Shown here piece by piece: positions 37,070-50,432 of a DNA stretch of 64,000 bases. The position numbers and the translations under genes are program-made. A model generated the notes under the pieces. It did not search any database and was not told the DNA's origin. It worked only from the letters and a program-made list of their open reading frames with translations. The DNA is from Callorhinchus milii (taxonomy: Eukaryota). Each line of letters starts with the position of its first letter. Position 1 is the stretch's first letter. The DNA lies in assembly GCF_018977255.1 (NCBI RefSeq), contig NW_024704743.1:26538001-26602000 (forward strand), in the 5' to 3' direction.

Positions 37070-37761
37070 GTGAGAGCAAGGACTCTGGTATATTTGCGGG
37101 GAATCGTAAAACATCTCACATTTCATTGCATCTTTTTAATGGGAAACCCTATTGTACGATAGACTCCCATGAGGAAGTGAAAACAAAGGAGACAGCTTTG
37201 ATGATCTCCCGCTTTGATTTCCGAAAAAAATGTACCATCATCTTTGTGTTTTGCTTTGCTTGCTTATACTACTTCCGCATGCCTGATGTCATGCCGACTT
37301 GCGCCTAATATTTTTCAGAACTAGGCAAGCAGGATGTGTCCCTCCAGGGAGAGAGTGCACATCCTATTCCAATAAATATCTCTGGAATTTCCATGTGTAG
37401 ATGGGATACTTGGAACTCAGTTTCGTTTGGATACTCTTAGGCATTGTGATGGGTTTCCTCAAGTGTCAGACACCCGACTGATCAAAGAAAATGGAGAGAT
37501 ATTGGCTTGGAGTCGACGTCTGTTTTTTCAGCACAATCTACAAAGGTTTCTCTGCTGAAAACTCAGTTTTGTTGTGAGGCACTTTTTTTGTGTGGTGAGA
37601 TGCAAGTGACATTTCCACTCACTTGAGGAGCATTTTTCAATCCCATTGCTTACTGCTCCTCACTATCTGCAGTATTCATTTCCATCCTCTAGTGGTCATT
37701 ATAGGAATGGCATGATAATACAAGTGTTACCACTGTACCAGCATTTCTTCCTGGTATAACC

Positions 37762-38105
37762 ACAAACAACAACAACTTGCATTTATGTAGCACCCCTCAC
37801 CCAGGGTAGCGTCCCAGAGCGCTTGACCATGGCGGAGCATGGCGCTGAGTTGGGGGCAGGAGGAGGTGACCGTAGGCACGGTCGAATAGGGGGTTCTTTG
37901 GGCGTGACCTGAAGATGGGGAAGGAAGGGGCAAGATGGAGGGATAGAGGGAGAGCATTCCAGAGGGGACGAGGGGCATTCAGAAGGCCGGAGCAGGTCGA
38001 GTGGAGGCAGCGGGTTGTGGATTGGAGGCTTAGCAGGTCAGAGACATAGTGAGGTGCCAGGGCATGAAGGGATTTGAAAACGAATGTGAGGATCTTGAAA
38101 TCGAT
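37762..38105 (-). mobile_element. L2 3' end
   Basis: IDFKILTFVFKSLHALAP..LWNALP; (CAA)n tail. Confidence 0.85.
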
Positions 38106-39674
38106 CACACTTCAAACGAGTTAACTGATTCTGAGGGCAGTTCTATTTGATATAAGCAGGAAGGAAGGGTGTGCTTTCACTTTGTCCTTGTCCTTTCATC
38201 TAATCATTTTCATATACTTCGTAATTCCATCTTCCCCTCAAAATCAGTTGGAGGTGGCTGTGTGTGCTGCTAAAATAATCCGAAATATGGGTAGTTTCAC
38301 AAAAATGGAAAACAAGAATAAGAGCAAGTCTGTGTGTATATGGCTTTGACATGCTTGTATTTAATCTCATCAATTTTCTGAGGAAGAATAAATAATAAAT
38401 AATCCTTGCATTTGATATAGCTTTTCACTTCTTCTAGATGTCCCAAAGCGCTTCACAGAATATATTGTAAAGTGAAATGACTCTACATTTGTGGACGAAA
38501 TCTATTATTTGGGAGAGGATTTGTAACGGTTAGAGTTGACTAGTAATTTAGTGATCTCAGGAACAGAAGTACAAGGCTTACCACCTTAACACTGAGTGAG
38601 ATTTCCTATCATTCGTATTATTCCCTTGTCTACGGTGCTCTGTTTTTGTGACTCTGAAGAGTGCTATCTAAACACAAGATGTTATTGTTTATACATTTTT
38701 TAATGTCCCTTCCTTGCAAAGCAAATATGTGCGCATGTATTAAAAATGTGTTGTTTCTTAAAACATTCTTATTTAATTATAATTTAAATTATATTTATTA
38801 AAATAATAAATAATGAGTACAATAATAAGAATAAATAATAATGACTGAACACATTTCATAAGACACTCAACTGAGCAAATAAAACGCGTTAGAAAAATCT
38901 GAAAGGAAATATTACAGTTTGCACGCCATGACTCCATTTGTGTGCTTCTTCCAATCTCCCTTCTCCCCCCCACCCCATCCGAAAAAAAGACTGGACAGAG
39001 GTAGAAACTGGAATCTTGTTATGATTTTAAATCAATTTAAACATCAGCTTCTGGCACTGTTCAGAGCAGTACGACTGATTTTCTCCCCGTAACTGAGTTT
39101 TAAAAATCTCATCACAAAGTCATTAGATCCAATTAATGGACAGAAACTGCTGTGTGAAGTCTTAAATGTTTTATTCCTTTATAACTTTCTTATTGCTTTC
39201 AAACTTACTTCGTGGTCTATTTTGTTTTCCACTTCTGCTCTTTTGACCTTACCAAAATAGTCACTTCACTTGACACGCAAAAATCACCTATAAAGTGTTT
39301 TGTGAAATATCGGCATAATAAGGTGCTATAAAAGTTCAAGTTATTTCTTTCTTGACAGCAACAAACATGTCCAGGACAAGTACAAGGCTGTGAAACATTT
39401 TCATTACATACTGCCTCCGATTTCCCCTCTACCCAATTTTAGCAGTAGATGAGATTTGAGTGACTATTCAGCGAACTGTTAGCAGAGCTAGGACCACCTT
39501 ACCCACTGGAATGAACGTATCCCTGGAAATAGCATTAATGTTAACATTCTCTTTAAAACAAAAAACACTTTTGTTATGGTTTGCCAAAGGCCAGAGGTTC
39601 TAGATACTGCTTTCCAAAAAATCTCCAGAAGCTAGTTAATACGTCAACAGATGTAGAGTCTTTCACATGGAATC

Positions 39675-39950
39675 ATAAGAATATAAGAATTTGCTAAGTG
39701 AAAGAAGATCAAGGTTCATCTCATTCGCCTTCCACCATCTTGGCAGTCATTTGTCTTGTCATTTGTCCCAAACTATATACTGTATCCCGAGATATTATTT
39801 TCTAGCAGAAATCTATCTCATTTGTTCTTGAAACACACAACACTTTCTGCTTCCATCATCTCCCTAGGGAGCCCGTTCCATAAGTTTACTACTCGCTCAC
39901 TGAAGAAGTGTCTCCGCAGATTTGTTCTGAATTTAACCCCCTTCAATCGC
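39675..39950 (-). mobile_element. CR1 3' end fragment
   Basis: cataagaatataagaa tail; minus strand reads FRTNLRRHFFSERVVNLWNGLP. Confidence 0.75.
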
Positions 39951-40874
39951 AGGCCAAATAATAATAATAAATATCTGGTAGTGCATCACAGCAATGGTAT
40001 AGAAATCCAAGGAAGTTTGGAAATGGGGGATAAGGAGGGAATTGACTGAAAGCCTGGTCAAGAGGTAGATATTTGGAAGGGTTTAGGAAACAGGGAGGAG
40101 AGGGGTAAGGATTGAAGAGGCAAATTCCGGGGAATGGGAGCAAAGTCCCTGAAAGTTCAGAAGTCATTGTTGAGGTGGAAGGAGGTGAGGGATGAATAGC
40201 AGAACAGAGTTTGTGGAGCAGAACTTGTGGGTAGGAGAGTAGGGCTGGCGAGGTAGGGAGGGGTGAGAGTGTGGAAGGATTCGAAGGTCAGAGCAAGTAT
40301 CTAGCACAGGTTTGAACAGTTAACAAGAGGAGACAAGGACACTGCTGAGTGGTAGGCCAACCATTCCATTAGCAGCAAGTTGAAAGGCAGGAGTGCTCGC
40401 TAATTCACTGTGTGATTTGCCTCCTTTTCTGCCCCCACCCCCTTCTGTTTGTGAAAGAAGCATGGTCTTACAAATAAGGTAGCTTTCTCAGCACCAGATT
40501 TGCAGAGCCACCTTTCAGATGCGGATGGGGGCTCAATGCTTATAAATCCAACGCATGAGTGCGCTTGATCTGAGAGCAGTTTTGTACTGAAGAATCGTAA
40601 ACAGCTGAGAACTGAATTAAAGCAGGAGCTGGTTTAAATTACATAGTTCATCCCAGTTTCCTAGGTTCCGTCCTCAGAGATAAATGAACTGTGTTTCAAT
40701 TTGCTGCACCACTCAATCTCAAATCACTTTATGTCCTGACTGCAATGCGAATCACAATCCCACCGTGTTCCCAGGTGGCTGCAGTGCTGATTGCTTTTTG
40801 TTTCTGGACAGGGGCCCATACTGCCTGCTACGTGTTTGCTCACACACGGATTGCTGTCCTTTCTTTATCTGCAG

Positions 40875-40997
40875 ATAAGGCAGTGGGCTGAGTGTGAAGG
40901 AGAGAAACACCTCATACAGCTGGACTGTTTGCCGCATTCCCTGGAATCATTACGACAGGCACAGGAAGAGTTCAGTGTCTTCTATGACCTGGCCACA
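40875..40997 (+). CDS. PLEKHG4B: Coding exon k (123 bp), spectrin-like repeat IRQWAECEGE...
   Basis: atctgcag|ATAA ... CACA|gtaagt; phase 0->0. Confidence 0.9.
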
Positions 40998-42821
40998 GTA
41001 AGTGCTATCACATGTAGTTGGGGTGCTCAGAGACATAGTGGGCACTCCAGAGTTTGGTGGAAAATGTTGCATTTTTAATCTGGATTCACGAATAGAGAAA
41101 CTTGCTGGTGACTGAACATCAGTCAAGCTGATCCTCAGGAACTCTGCCTCCTACTTCCAGGCAGGTTAGGGCAGAGTTATTGCAGTGATACACACCTGGT
41201 CGCAGGCAGCAATCGCAATTTGGGATTCCAGCTTGTGAGTCTGCATTTCAGCCCCATTATCACAACCTCATATTTAGGTGAATTTTGCCCCCATTTCCTC
41301 CTCTCCTAACCAGCAGGATTCTTGCTGGGGTACAAGTACCTCGATCAAGTGACTATTACTTCACATGTGAGCCTGACTAAATGGTAAGCATTGGTAAGCT
41401 ATTCAACAGTGGAGAGGATCACAGTTGAATCCAATCTTATCCTCACCTGACATCTGCACACACTTTACAACAGGAGTGACTGGATATCAATACAGAGGGG
41501 AATTGCTTCCCCAACTGTGATCATCTAGTTTATCATTGAACCTGTGACCTTCTGGTTTATGTATTTACTGTTACAAGAGCAGTGTCTTTACCTGATAGAC
41601 CATCTGAATGTCACTTTTAAATGAAATAAAACTCCATGTGTCGGTGAAGGATTCTTGCCCGACGTGGGAATAGAGGCCTCATTCGTGCCTGTTCTCGATC
41701 AATGTCAAGTCTTCAAGTTGAATGATGGTTGGAGGGATGACTCAGTGTTTAGTTTTCCTTCGGGAAACCTCTTACAACAGAGCAGAAGATTTATGAAGCC
41801 CCCACACATAAACTCGATCCAATTACTCGTGGTGAACCGGGTAGTAGAACGGTGAGCAGCACCATTCCCAGTATGGAAAATGCTTCCAGGGAGGTGGGGG
41901 AAAGGGAGGTGGGGGGGGAGGGAGGGTTGAGGGGGAGGGGTGGAAATACCACTTCTTAGCTGTGGTGTAGTGAAACATATTGATGTGCACCTTGAGAATC
42001 ATGAGAGATGGGATACAGAGTAACCATCGCTCTGAGCTGTCCCACTGATGAGGTTTCTAATCCTACCGAGACCTCTCAATCACAGTTAAAGTACACAAAT
42101 GATTCTCCCTTTTGTAGCTTATTTTTAGAAGATATTCCTGCAAAAATAAACCTGAGAAATTGTCTCAGAAAATTCAATGACAGGAACAGCAATTTTATAG
42201 TCATTATTTTTTCAATTCAATGTTTTAATTTTTAGCTGATGCGTTAGTTGAGGCCTGAGTCAGGAAAATCAATACCCAATTTCGACTTTAACTTTCATAC
42301 TCTTATCTGGATGGCATATTTTGCCTGCAAAATCAAGGAAAAGGTTAGAAGCAATTTCTTCAATCAGAGAGCTGATAGAGTTTGGAATTGATTACCACAA
42401 GTCACTATTGAGGTTGGATCAATCAGTCACTGAAAAAGAAACGAGTTAAGTCCTTGAGCAGTAGAAACACTTGGGGTGAGATTTGTGCTATTCTTAATCC
42501 GCCCTTTGTGTTAAATGAGATATCCTGTCAAATCTCAGTCATAAAGTACCGGAAACTGACTAATCGTTTTCATGTTGAAAGTGATTTTAAATCTAGAAAT
42601 ATGACTTTCAAATCAGGATTCCTCTGGACCCCATCATTGTGAATTTATCAATGATGTCAACTTTCAATTGCAAATTGCAAACCATTTTCATATTTCAACC
42701 CAGCGCTAATTAAAATGAGGAATGGGTAAAGCAAGGATGCAAATTTTACCCCAATGTAATAGAGACACGCTTTGTTATGATAACTCAAATTCAATCTGGT
42801 GCACTAATCTGTTTTTTGGAG

Positions 42822-43013
42822 CAACACTATAGAAAAGGGACGCAGCTGATCAAAGATGCTGGCCATCTGAACAACTGCTCGCCCGAAGAACAGGTAAATT
42901 TTGAAGAAGAAGTTGAGCAGTTCAAACTCTTTCTGAGCAACTTGATCAACAGGACAGAAAAGCGGAGATTGGATTTGGACAACGTGGTAAATCTATATGA
43001 ATTCTATGAGATG
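42822..43013 (+). CDS. PLEKHG4B: Coding exon l (192 bp), QHYRKGTQLIKDA...LYEFYEM
   Basis: ttttttggag|CAAC (GAG acceptor) ... GATG|gtaagt; phase 0->0; 5' boundary less certain. Confidence 0.8.
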
Positions 43014-43540
43014 GTAAGTATGCCATTCCATTCCTCTAGCTTAATATTTCAACAAAACCTGAGTCCTGCATAATGCCTTCAGCAATTAAAGTTGACCCAT
43101 TGGAGGAATCATCAATATGGGGCTATAACGCCTTGCAACTACTATTGTGTACTGGCAAACAGAAATGTAAGGGTTCTTATTATTACTACCATAAAACATG
43201 TTTTTTGGCTTCCTATAGGTTTTTAATGTTGTTCCAGTATCCAATTTTCAGCCACTGTATATTTATGATGAGTACAATGTGTTTTGAAAGTTATTTTTGA
43301 ATCCCTAAGCAAGTTGTAATTGCAAATATTTTGAATAAGATTTTCTTTACGAAAACATCTTTACTGGGTTACTACAGAGTGGTAACCAATGTGTTATGTG
43401 GTTTCTTGACACATTCCTCTCTTGGAGATGTTGCAGACTACCAATTACTGGAGGGTAACAGCTCCTTCCCACCCACTCAACCCCCCCCCATTTACTGAAA
43501 ATGGTGTGACCAAACTACTCGAGCTGCTGCAGCTACTAAG

Positions 43541-43864
43541 TAATAATAATAATAATAATCCTTGCATTTGATATAGCGCTTTTCACGTCAGGAGGACGTC
43601 CCAAAGCGCTTCAGAGAACACACTGTAAAGTGAATTGACTGCAAATTTGTGGGCGAACGTGGCAGCCAATTGCGCACAGCAATGTCCCACAAACAGTCGT
43701 AGATTGAAAATGACCAATTCATTAATGTTTTTTTTGGGGTTTTGGAGGGATTATTATTAGGCGTGTGGAGTAAGGAAACTTGACCAAGGTTTCGCCCTGC
43801 CTGGAATTGAACTCAGGTGTCTCACTTGCAAAGCGAGTGCTCTAACCACTGAGCTACAGGACTC
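43541..43864 (-). mobile_element. Full-length tRNA-Deu SINE (family 1), well preserved
   Basis: Reverse complement of the 7410-7714 layout; intact A/B boxes and (TAA)n. Confidence 0.92.
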
Positions 43865-44027
43865 CTAGGAAGTTTAGTTAGGATGGTTCACAGAACATAT
43901 AGAGCAGGTGGGGTGAAGCCCATCATCGGATGTCTTTTGTGTGGACTGTGAGGAAACTGTCCTGATGGGGTGAAAAGCTTTTGCTCAATGCGCCCTTCCT
44001 TATGCTCTTCTGATGTCTTGTTGCTAG

Positions 44028-44977
44028 GCTGACAAATGGGTGTTGCACTGCAATGATTATCTTGGACAGTTGAAAATGGACGAGCACAGCACACCAGAGT
44101 ACATGGAGGCAGCAGTTCAGTGTTTGAAAAGCTACCATCAGGAAGCTGCAAAGTTCAATGCGGAAACCCTCCAAAAGGTAAATGAGATGATTCTGAATCT
44201 TGCCAGCCCGAGGGAACTCAAGCAGTGGAACATCCACTGGGACAAATTCCAACAAACCAGGCACCTTTTGGAAGAAAAACTCTCTGTGGCCCTCAGAATC
44301 CAAACGGGTAATCACACAAGTAACTCAGTTACCAAAACACTCTCTGAGGATGAAGGTCCCAGGACAAGCGGTGAGTTTGACACCGAGGGCTCTGATGAAC
44401 TTGGAGACTCTTTCTCGCAGAAGATAGTTGGCAGTGTGGAGAGCAATGTTTGGATTAGTGATGAGATACAGCACCAGGAGTATAGCCAGAGCTTTCTGGA
44501 ATCGGGATGCACTGCGGTGTTAAATTACGAAGAGTTGAACCAAACCACTACCGCGCTGCATAACTTCAGCACAACATCCCTGTCCTCTACGCCAGCTTGC
44601 AGCAGGTACCAAGGAGGTTCTCCTTTTTTGGAAGATGCCAACGATGACTGGTTGGTCGGTGCATCCACTGCTTCCTGTCACTCGGAGCCTGTCCGCTCTC
44701 CGTCCCCACGGCACAAGAAGCAGCCTCTGAAAAAGATCATGAAGAAGACGCAGAACTTTGAGACGTCGACACGAGAGGACAGCCATGGTGAAGCCGGCAG
44801 GCACGGAAACACTGGGGTTTATATCAAAGGACTGGAGGTGGTCAGTAATGTTGTGGCTGACAAAAAGCGCACTCTGAGGCCAGAGGTAAGGAGCCCAGTG
44901 TTAACCAGGACTCACAGCCTGCCATCATCCTCCAGGATTTACCTTCCACGTACAGAAGAAGTGAAGAAAACGGGAAG
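44028..44977 (+). CDS. PLEKHG4B: Coding exon m (950 bp): end of spectrin region plus Ser/Thr-rich linker
   Basis: ttgctag|GCTG ... GGAAG|gtaata; long open frame; phase 0->2. Confidence 0.9.
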
Positions 44978-46357
44978 GTAATACTTGCGTGAATCATTGG
45001 TTGAATAACTTACTGGGGTTCTTTGGCCTCATCTGAAAATTTTTAATTTGGGGCCAGAAAGCGCATGGATTTCATGCTTGTTCGACACATAATGGATTAA
45101 AAATAATTATAAAACTAAAGCCAACAAGGGAAGAAAGCTACAACGCTGAAATATCACCCAGTTTAAGCCTGTAAGGCCAGTTTTATCTTAAAATTTAAAA
45201 TCGCACATTATTTTGGAAAATTCTTGAATTCTGTTCTGATTTTAAAGCTGTTTTTCTGTGCTTCTCAAAACCAATAGATTTGCAAATTGAATTGATGAGT
45301 TCGGTAAAATTCTGTGCAACCTTCAATCTTAAGGCATCTCTTTTATAGGCTAAGGCTAGGTGGAATTTCAGGTCTATGCGGGCATCCAGAATTCAAAACA
45401 GGAAGGTATTCTATCTTTTTTTTATGTAAAATTGGCAGTGATCTAGCTGGCGAGAGAAACCATTTTCCAGATGTGAGGGTAGAGGGGAAGGGGTTCATGC
45501 TCAATCATTTGTTAGTTCCCAGACACAAAGGATTGTAATTTCTGTCCTTGTGTCAATTATCTAAATCATTCAGACCCTTGACATTCCAGGTTAAATACCC
45601 AATCTGACCCAGAAGAATCCAGGTTAAATTCACATTCTGTCAAGAGTCAGCTATGGTGGCAGTAGTGGTGTTAATAATCTCATTGCCTTTAGGAACAAGA
45701 GAGAGACAGAATTGGCCAGTAGTGACTCCTGTAGAGTCTGTGTGTGTAGGTGCACCTCACAATCTAATACAGACCACATCTCATACGCAATGTCCATAGG
45801 GTGAGGAAGGCAGCCAGTGTCTATGGAGGGTAAAAAAAAATCTAAATGTTCCATAAAGTTTGAAAAATTGTTAACTTTTAGGGCTTAGTAACTGTTTGGC
45901 AGGTTTATTCAGTGTGTAGCTGAGCCAAACAGAAAGATCCCTGGTTTTGTCAGCTGGGCGCTACAGTGGGCCTCAGCACTCACGTGCTGGAAAAATCTTA
46001 ATTGACAAGTTGTTTTCTGTTCTGTATTTAGTATGTAACCTCAGTAGAGGTTACAATGCACTCCGAATTCCCCAAGTTCTTGGCTCTCACCATGCTGCCC
46101 CAATATGCTACAGAATTAGATAAAAGCAGAGTGAGTCCCTCTGTGAGTGCACATTTCATTCCAGACAAAAGGGCATTTTCGTGTGTAGGTGATATACACA
46201 TGAGGAACTCTGTCTAGTTTGGATACTCTTAAACATGAAGATGGGTTTTCACATGTGTCAACTACCTGACTGATCAATGAAACCCATATCAGCATGATCT
46301 TTTACATAGCATTATCACCAAAAAATGTTCATACCAGGTGTACCTGTCTTTCCACAG

Positions 46358-46607
46358 CAAGCTACAGCACATAATGGATGAGATGATCGCCACCGAGAGG
46401 GAGTATGTCAAATCCCTCGGCTACATTATTGATCATTACTTCCCAGAGATGGAAAGACCGGACCTGCCCCAGGATCTACGCGGGAAGCGGAATATCATCT
46501 TTGGGAATCTGGAGAAGCTTTATGATTTTCACTGTCAGTATTTTCTGAAGGAGCTAGAGCATTGTGCAAACTGCCCACTTCGTGTCAGCCACTGCTTCCG
46601 CAGACAC
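46358..46607 (+). CDS. PLEKHG4B: Coding exon n (250 bp): DH domain start
   Basis: ttccacag|CAAG ... ACAC|gtaagt; EMIATEREYVKSL, IIFGNLEKLYDFH; phase 2->0. Confidence 0.96.
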
Positions 46608-47117
46608 GTAAGTCCCCCTGTCTTCTCTGCTGTCTGTCTTGCTTAGTTTTAAATGTTTACATTTGAGTGAGTAGGAGGCTGTAGTTCCCAGCTACTTATA
46701 ACATCAGAATAAATAAATAATAATCCTTGCATTTGATGGTCTTGGCATCGCTGTCGGAAAACCATATCCTCTTATCAGAACCTAATTTAGGGCATTCACA
46801 AATTAATGCTACTTGCCAATTGTGACTTGACATTTTGCTTGCCTTTCAGAAGGAGCGATTAGGCAAATTAATATTTGCAAACTGTTTATTGGAATTAGCA
46901 CATTGAAACTCGCTTTGGGAATTCATGAAATTGTTGCGATTTTCCAGAAACTCCATCCCAGAGTCCCTCAATTCTCTCTCTTTTGCTCTCCCCTCTCACT
47001 CCCCCTCCCCCTCCCTTAACCACCGCCCCAGTTCAAAGCCTATCTCAAGACATAACGACATACCATCTCTTCGCCCATCGCTTTTGGTCATTTTTCTTAT
47101 CGCTGCTCCAAGGCAAT

Positions 47118-47285
47118 GAAACTCTTGCCTAGCTGAGATACTCTGGATACTCTTAAGCACGATGATGGGTTTTCACATGGTGAAACCCATATCAGCATGA
47201 TCTTTTACATAGCATCATCACCNAAAAAAATGTTGAAACCAGGTGTCCCTGTCTTTCCAAAGCAAGCTACAGCACATAACGGATG
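47118..47285 (+). repeat. Local duplicate of 46205-46380 (intron end, acceptor and first 23 nt of the DH exon)
   Basis: tgaaacccatatcagcatgatcttttacatagc...ctgtctttcca(c/a)agcaagctacagcacataa(t/c)ggatg is shared. Confidence 0.92.
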
Positions 47286-48797
47286 GCATGAACACCAATG
47301 AGCCGGACTATTTTTTATTTGTGTACCAAGACAGCTAGTGCTGGTAGACTCATTGACAATGTGGGACATCACAACAGCCAAATCACGTACTTACCTAATA
47401 TCAACCCAGCATGCAACCATACTCGCACATGCACAAGTGCTCTTTCCAGCAGGCGTCACTCAATTGCGATAGGGTTTGAAATAAATGATCCTTCAGGACG
47501 CAGCTGCTTGCAGGATATTACGGTCCACAAATTGGCTGCCGCGTTGGCTTACAAAATACACAGTCATTACACTTTACAGAAAAGAAACTGTGAAGCATTT
47601 AAAGAAATGATGCGAAGATAATGCAAAGAATAAAACCAACCAATGCACAGATTATGTATAAGGAGCTACTGTCCTGTCTGATTTCCCATCCCCCCACCAA
47701 TCAGGGGCATTGAGTCCCATGTAGCACATTAACTATAGCCCTCTTTGAGGCGAACTAACTATGTGGAAATTGCAATCCTGTCGGACACTTACTGGCCCTC
47801 AGGGCGAGTAATGTGTTCATAATTTTGTGTTCCATCAATCAGCATATTTGACCTGTTTTGGTGAAACCAGTATTGTAAACGTACATTGATTTAATTGAAT
47901 TTTACATGTTCCTTTGGTTTATTTTTTGTAAGATGCAGATTCACTTTTATTTCTTCTCTGACTTTAATGATCTTCACATTTCTCCTCCAGTTTTGTGTGG
48001 CTGTGACCATCCCAAACAATTCAGTCTCTCGCTCACATCATGTTATCTTTTTTACCAATAGCTGTGTTAGCATCAGACAGGAAAATTCCACAAGGATAGC
48101 TCCTGAGCCAACAACAGACTTAATAACAAGGAAAGAAGTGAGTTAGGAAATCAGAAGAGAGCATAAACATGACGTGCATTTACTCTAGCGCACCATGGTT
48201 CCTGTGTTCATTCTCTGTTTATGCTGTGCCCATACTCTTGGGTGATAGACTAAGGAAGCACCTTGTATTTCCTCAGGCTTCGGAGTGCATCTGCCTCACT
48301 TGCCAAAGAAATGAACATATGTTATGTTCCGCTCTGTCTTGCATGGAATCAAATTGTCACTGAGCTAGCTTGCTTGCTATTCCCCTTGCTCCACAGAAAT
48401 GTGCACATTGCACCTCCTCCAAGTGCTATCCAGATATATGGAACTTGCCATTTAGGGAATTGCATATAATAAATAGCCTTTAGGTTTTTTATTCTCATTC
48501 CTGTTCTTTCTGTAGCCTGTTTTTCACAGAAACAGGATTGTTTAGGTGGATGTTAAAGGTCCATTGGCACTATTCGAAAAGGGAAGAGAGTTTTTACTGG
48601 TGCCTTGGCCAGCAGCCCATGGCTGTTTGTGGGATTATTGCTGTGTGCAAATTAACAGGCGTATTCATCTATATATATAATCACTACACTTTTTAAATCC
48701 TGTGAAGCACTTTGAGACATCTTCCTGACGTAAAAGGTGCCTTATTAAATATGAGAATTATTATTTTAACTACCTTTGCTTGTTTTTTCTAATGTAG

Positions 48798-48887
48798 GAA
48801 GAGCAATTTGGAATGTATGCACTGTACAGCAAGAACAAGCCGCAGTCTGACACCTTGCTCACCAGTCATGGAAATGCTTTCTTTAAA
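48798..48887 (+). CDS. PLEKHG4B: Coding exon o (90 bp): DH domain, EEQFGMYALYSKNKPQSD
   Basis: aatgtag|GAAG ... TAAA|gtaggt. Confidence 0.95.
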
Positions 48888-49127
48888 GTAGGTGCTTCTC
48901 ACAATTATTCAATGGAACTGAATTTATTTTTATTTTTTAATTTGTGCAGGAATATCATGACGAAAGACATTTAGAGTTTTATCCAACTGCTTTAACAACA
49001 ACAACAAGATGACATTTGTATAGCACCTTTCACATCGGGAGGACGCTTTAAGGGTTGTAAAAGCTTGGAAAATAACCTGACCTTTAGGTTGCGGTAACAC
49101 TTTGGGTATGCATTGATCCACAATTCA

Positions 49128-49500
49128 GCAACAACAGCTTGCATTTATATAGAGCCCTACATCTTGGAGCACTTCATAATGATGGGATCAGAAACCGAGC
49201 AAGAGGGAGCAGGGAAGGGAGAGGTGAACATAGGCATGGTTGAAGAGTTAGCTTTTAAGGTGGTATTTAAAGATACATAGAGAAATAGTGAGAAGGAGGG
49301 GTAGGGGAAGGGAGTTCTAGAGTTCCAGAGGTTAGGGGCATAGAAGTTGAAAGCTCGGCTACCGATGGTGACACGGTTGGGGGGGAGGCGTGCATGGGAC
49401 ACACACAGCAAGCCTGAGTTAGCTGAGTGGAGGGGGCGAGCAGAAGAGAGTAGTAGGAGGAAATCACAGAGATAGGGAAGGGCTAGGGCTCAAGGGGATG
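49128..49500 (-). mobile_element. L2 3' end
   Basis: IGSRAFNFYAPNLWNS; tail. Confidence 0.8.
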
Positions 49501-50432
49501 TCTTGTTCATGCTATCCTCCTCCAATCTTGGAGATAGAGAGTATTTTAAAACTGACGGCTGTAATTTATAATAGCAAAATGCACATTTGTCTCTGAAATA
49601 AAGGACCATTTTGTTCTTTGAACCTGATGGATGATGGACCAATTTGCCCTCCTTATTTTTATTTACACTTTGTCAGTTTTCAGAACTTACATGTAAACAA
49701 TTGGGGAATATACAGACAACAAAACACAAATCATAATTAACTTTTCCCACCTTTTGGCGAATATCACAAATTGACCTGAGTTGTTGTTTGAACAAACCTG
49801 AAATTTGAATTATTTTCGGTTTAGCTGTAAGTTGCGTCATTTAGATCATTGGGTCCTGACTGTTGATCTATGAACCACCCAGGTGGACCAGTTACATAGG
49901 GGCACATCACAGCAGCTACCTAGCCAGTTTCGATGCACATCTATGTGAATTAAAACAGTTACTTTACACAAAGACTGGACAACTACAAGGAATAGACAAC
50001 TGGGGAGCCTGTGGAAGCAGATTGGGTCAGCAAATTCAAGAGAGAATTAGATAGTTATTCGATAAAGAATTAATTCTATTTTAGGACTACAAGGTCTTAC
50101 ACATTCCTAGATAGACAAAAAACAGGCAAAGAATGCAACATAAGGCAGTGTTAAATTTAACACGGTGGACAAAGAAGAGTCACCTATGGTTCATTATAAA
50201 ATAACCACTAGTTTAAAAGAATAACAGATCAATGACTGAAATGCGGTTGGCAGCAAGCCAAAGGACTTGGGCTGAGAGGTTAGTATGGCATTACTTGTCT
50301 CAAGAAATATTTTTTTTCTCTAAAAGTGCCCTTGGAAGATCAAGATTTGTCAATAGTACTCACCTCATGTAATTCCAATTGAGTGAGTCTGCTTTCCCCT
50401 GTACTCATCAGCAAAATGTAATCTTTCTGCAG

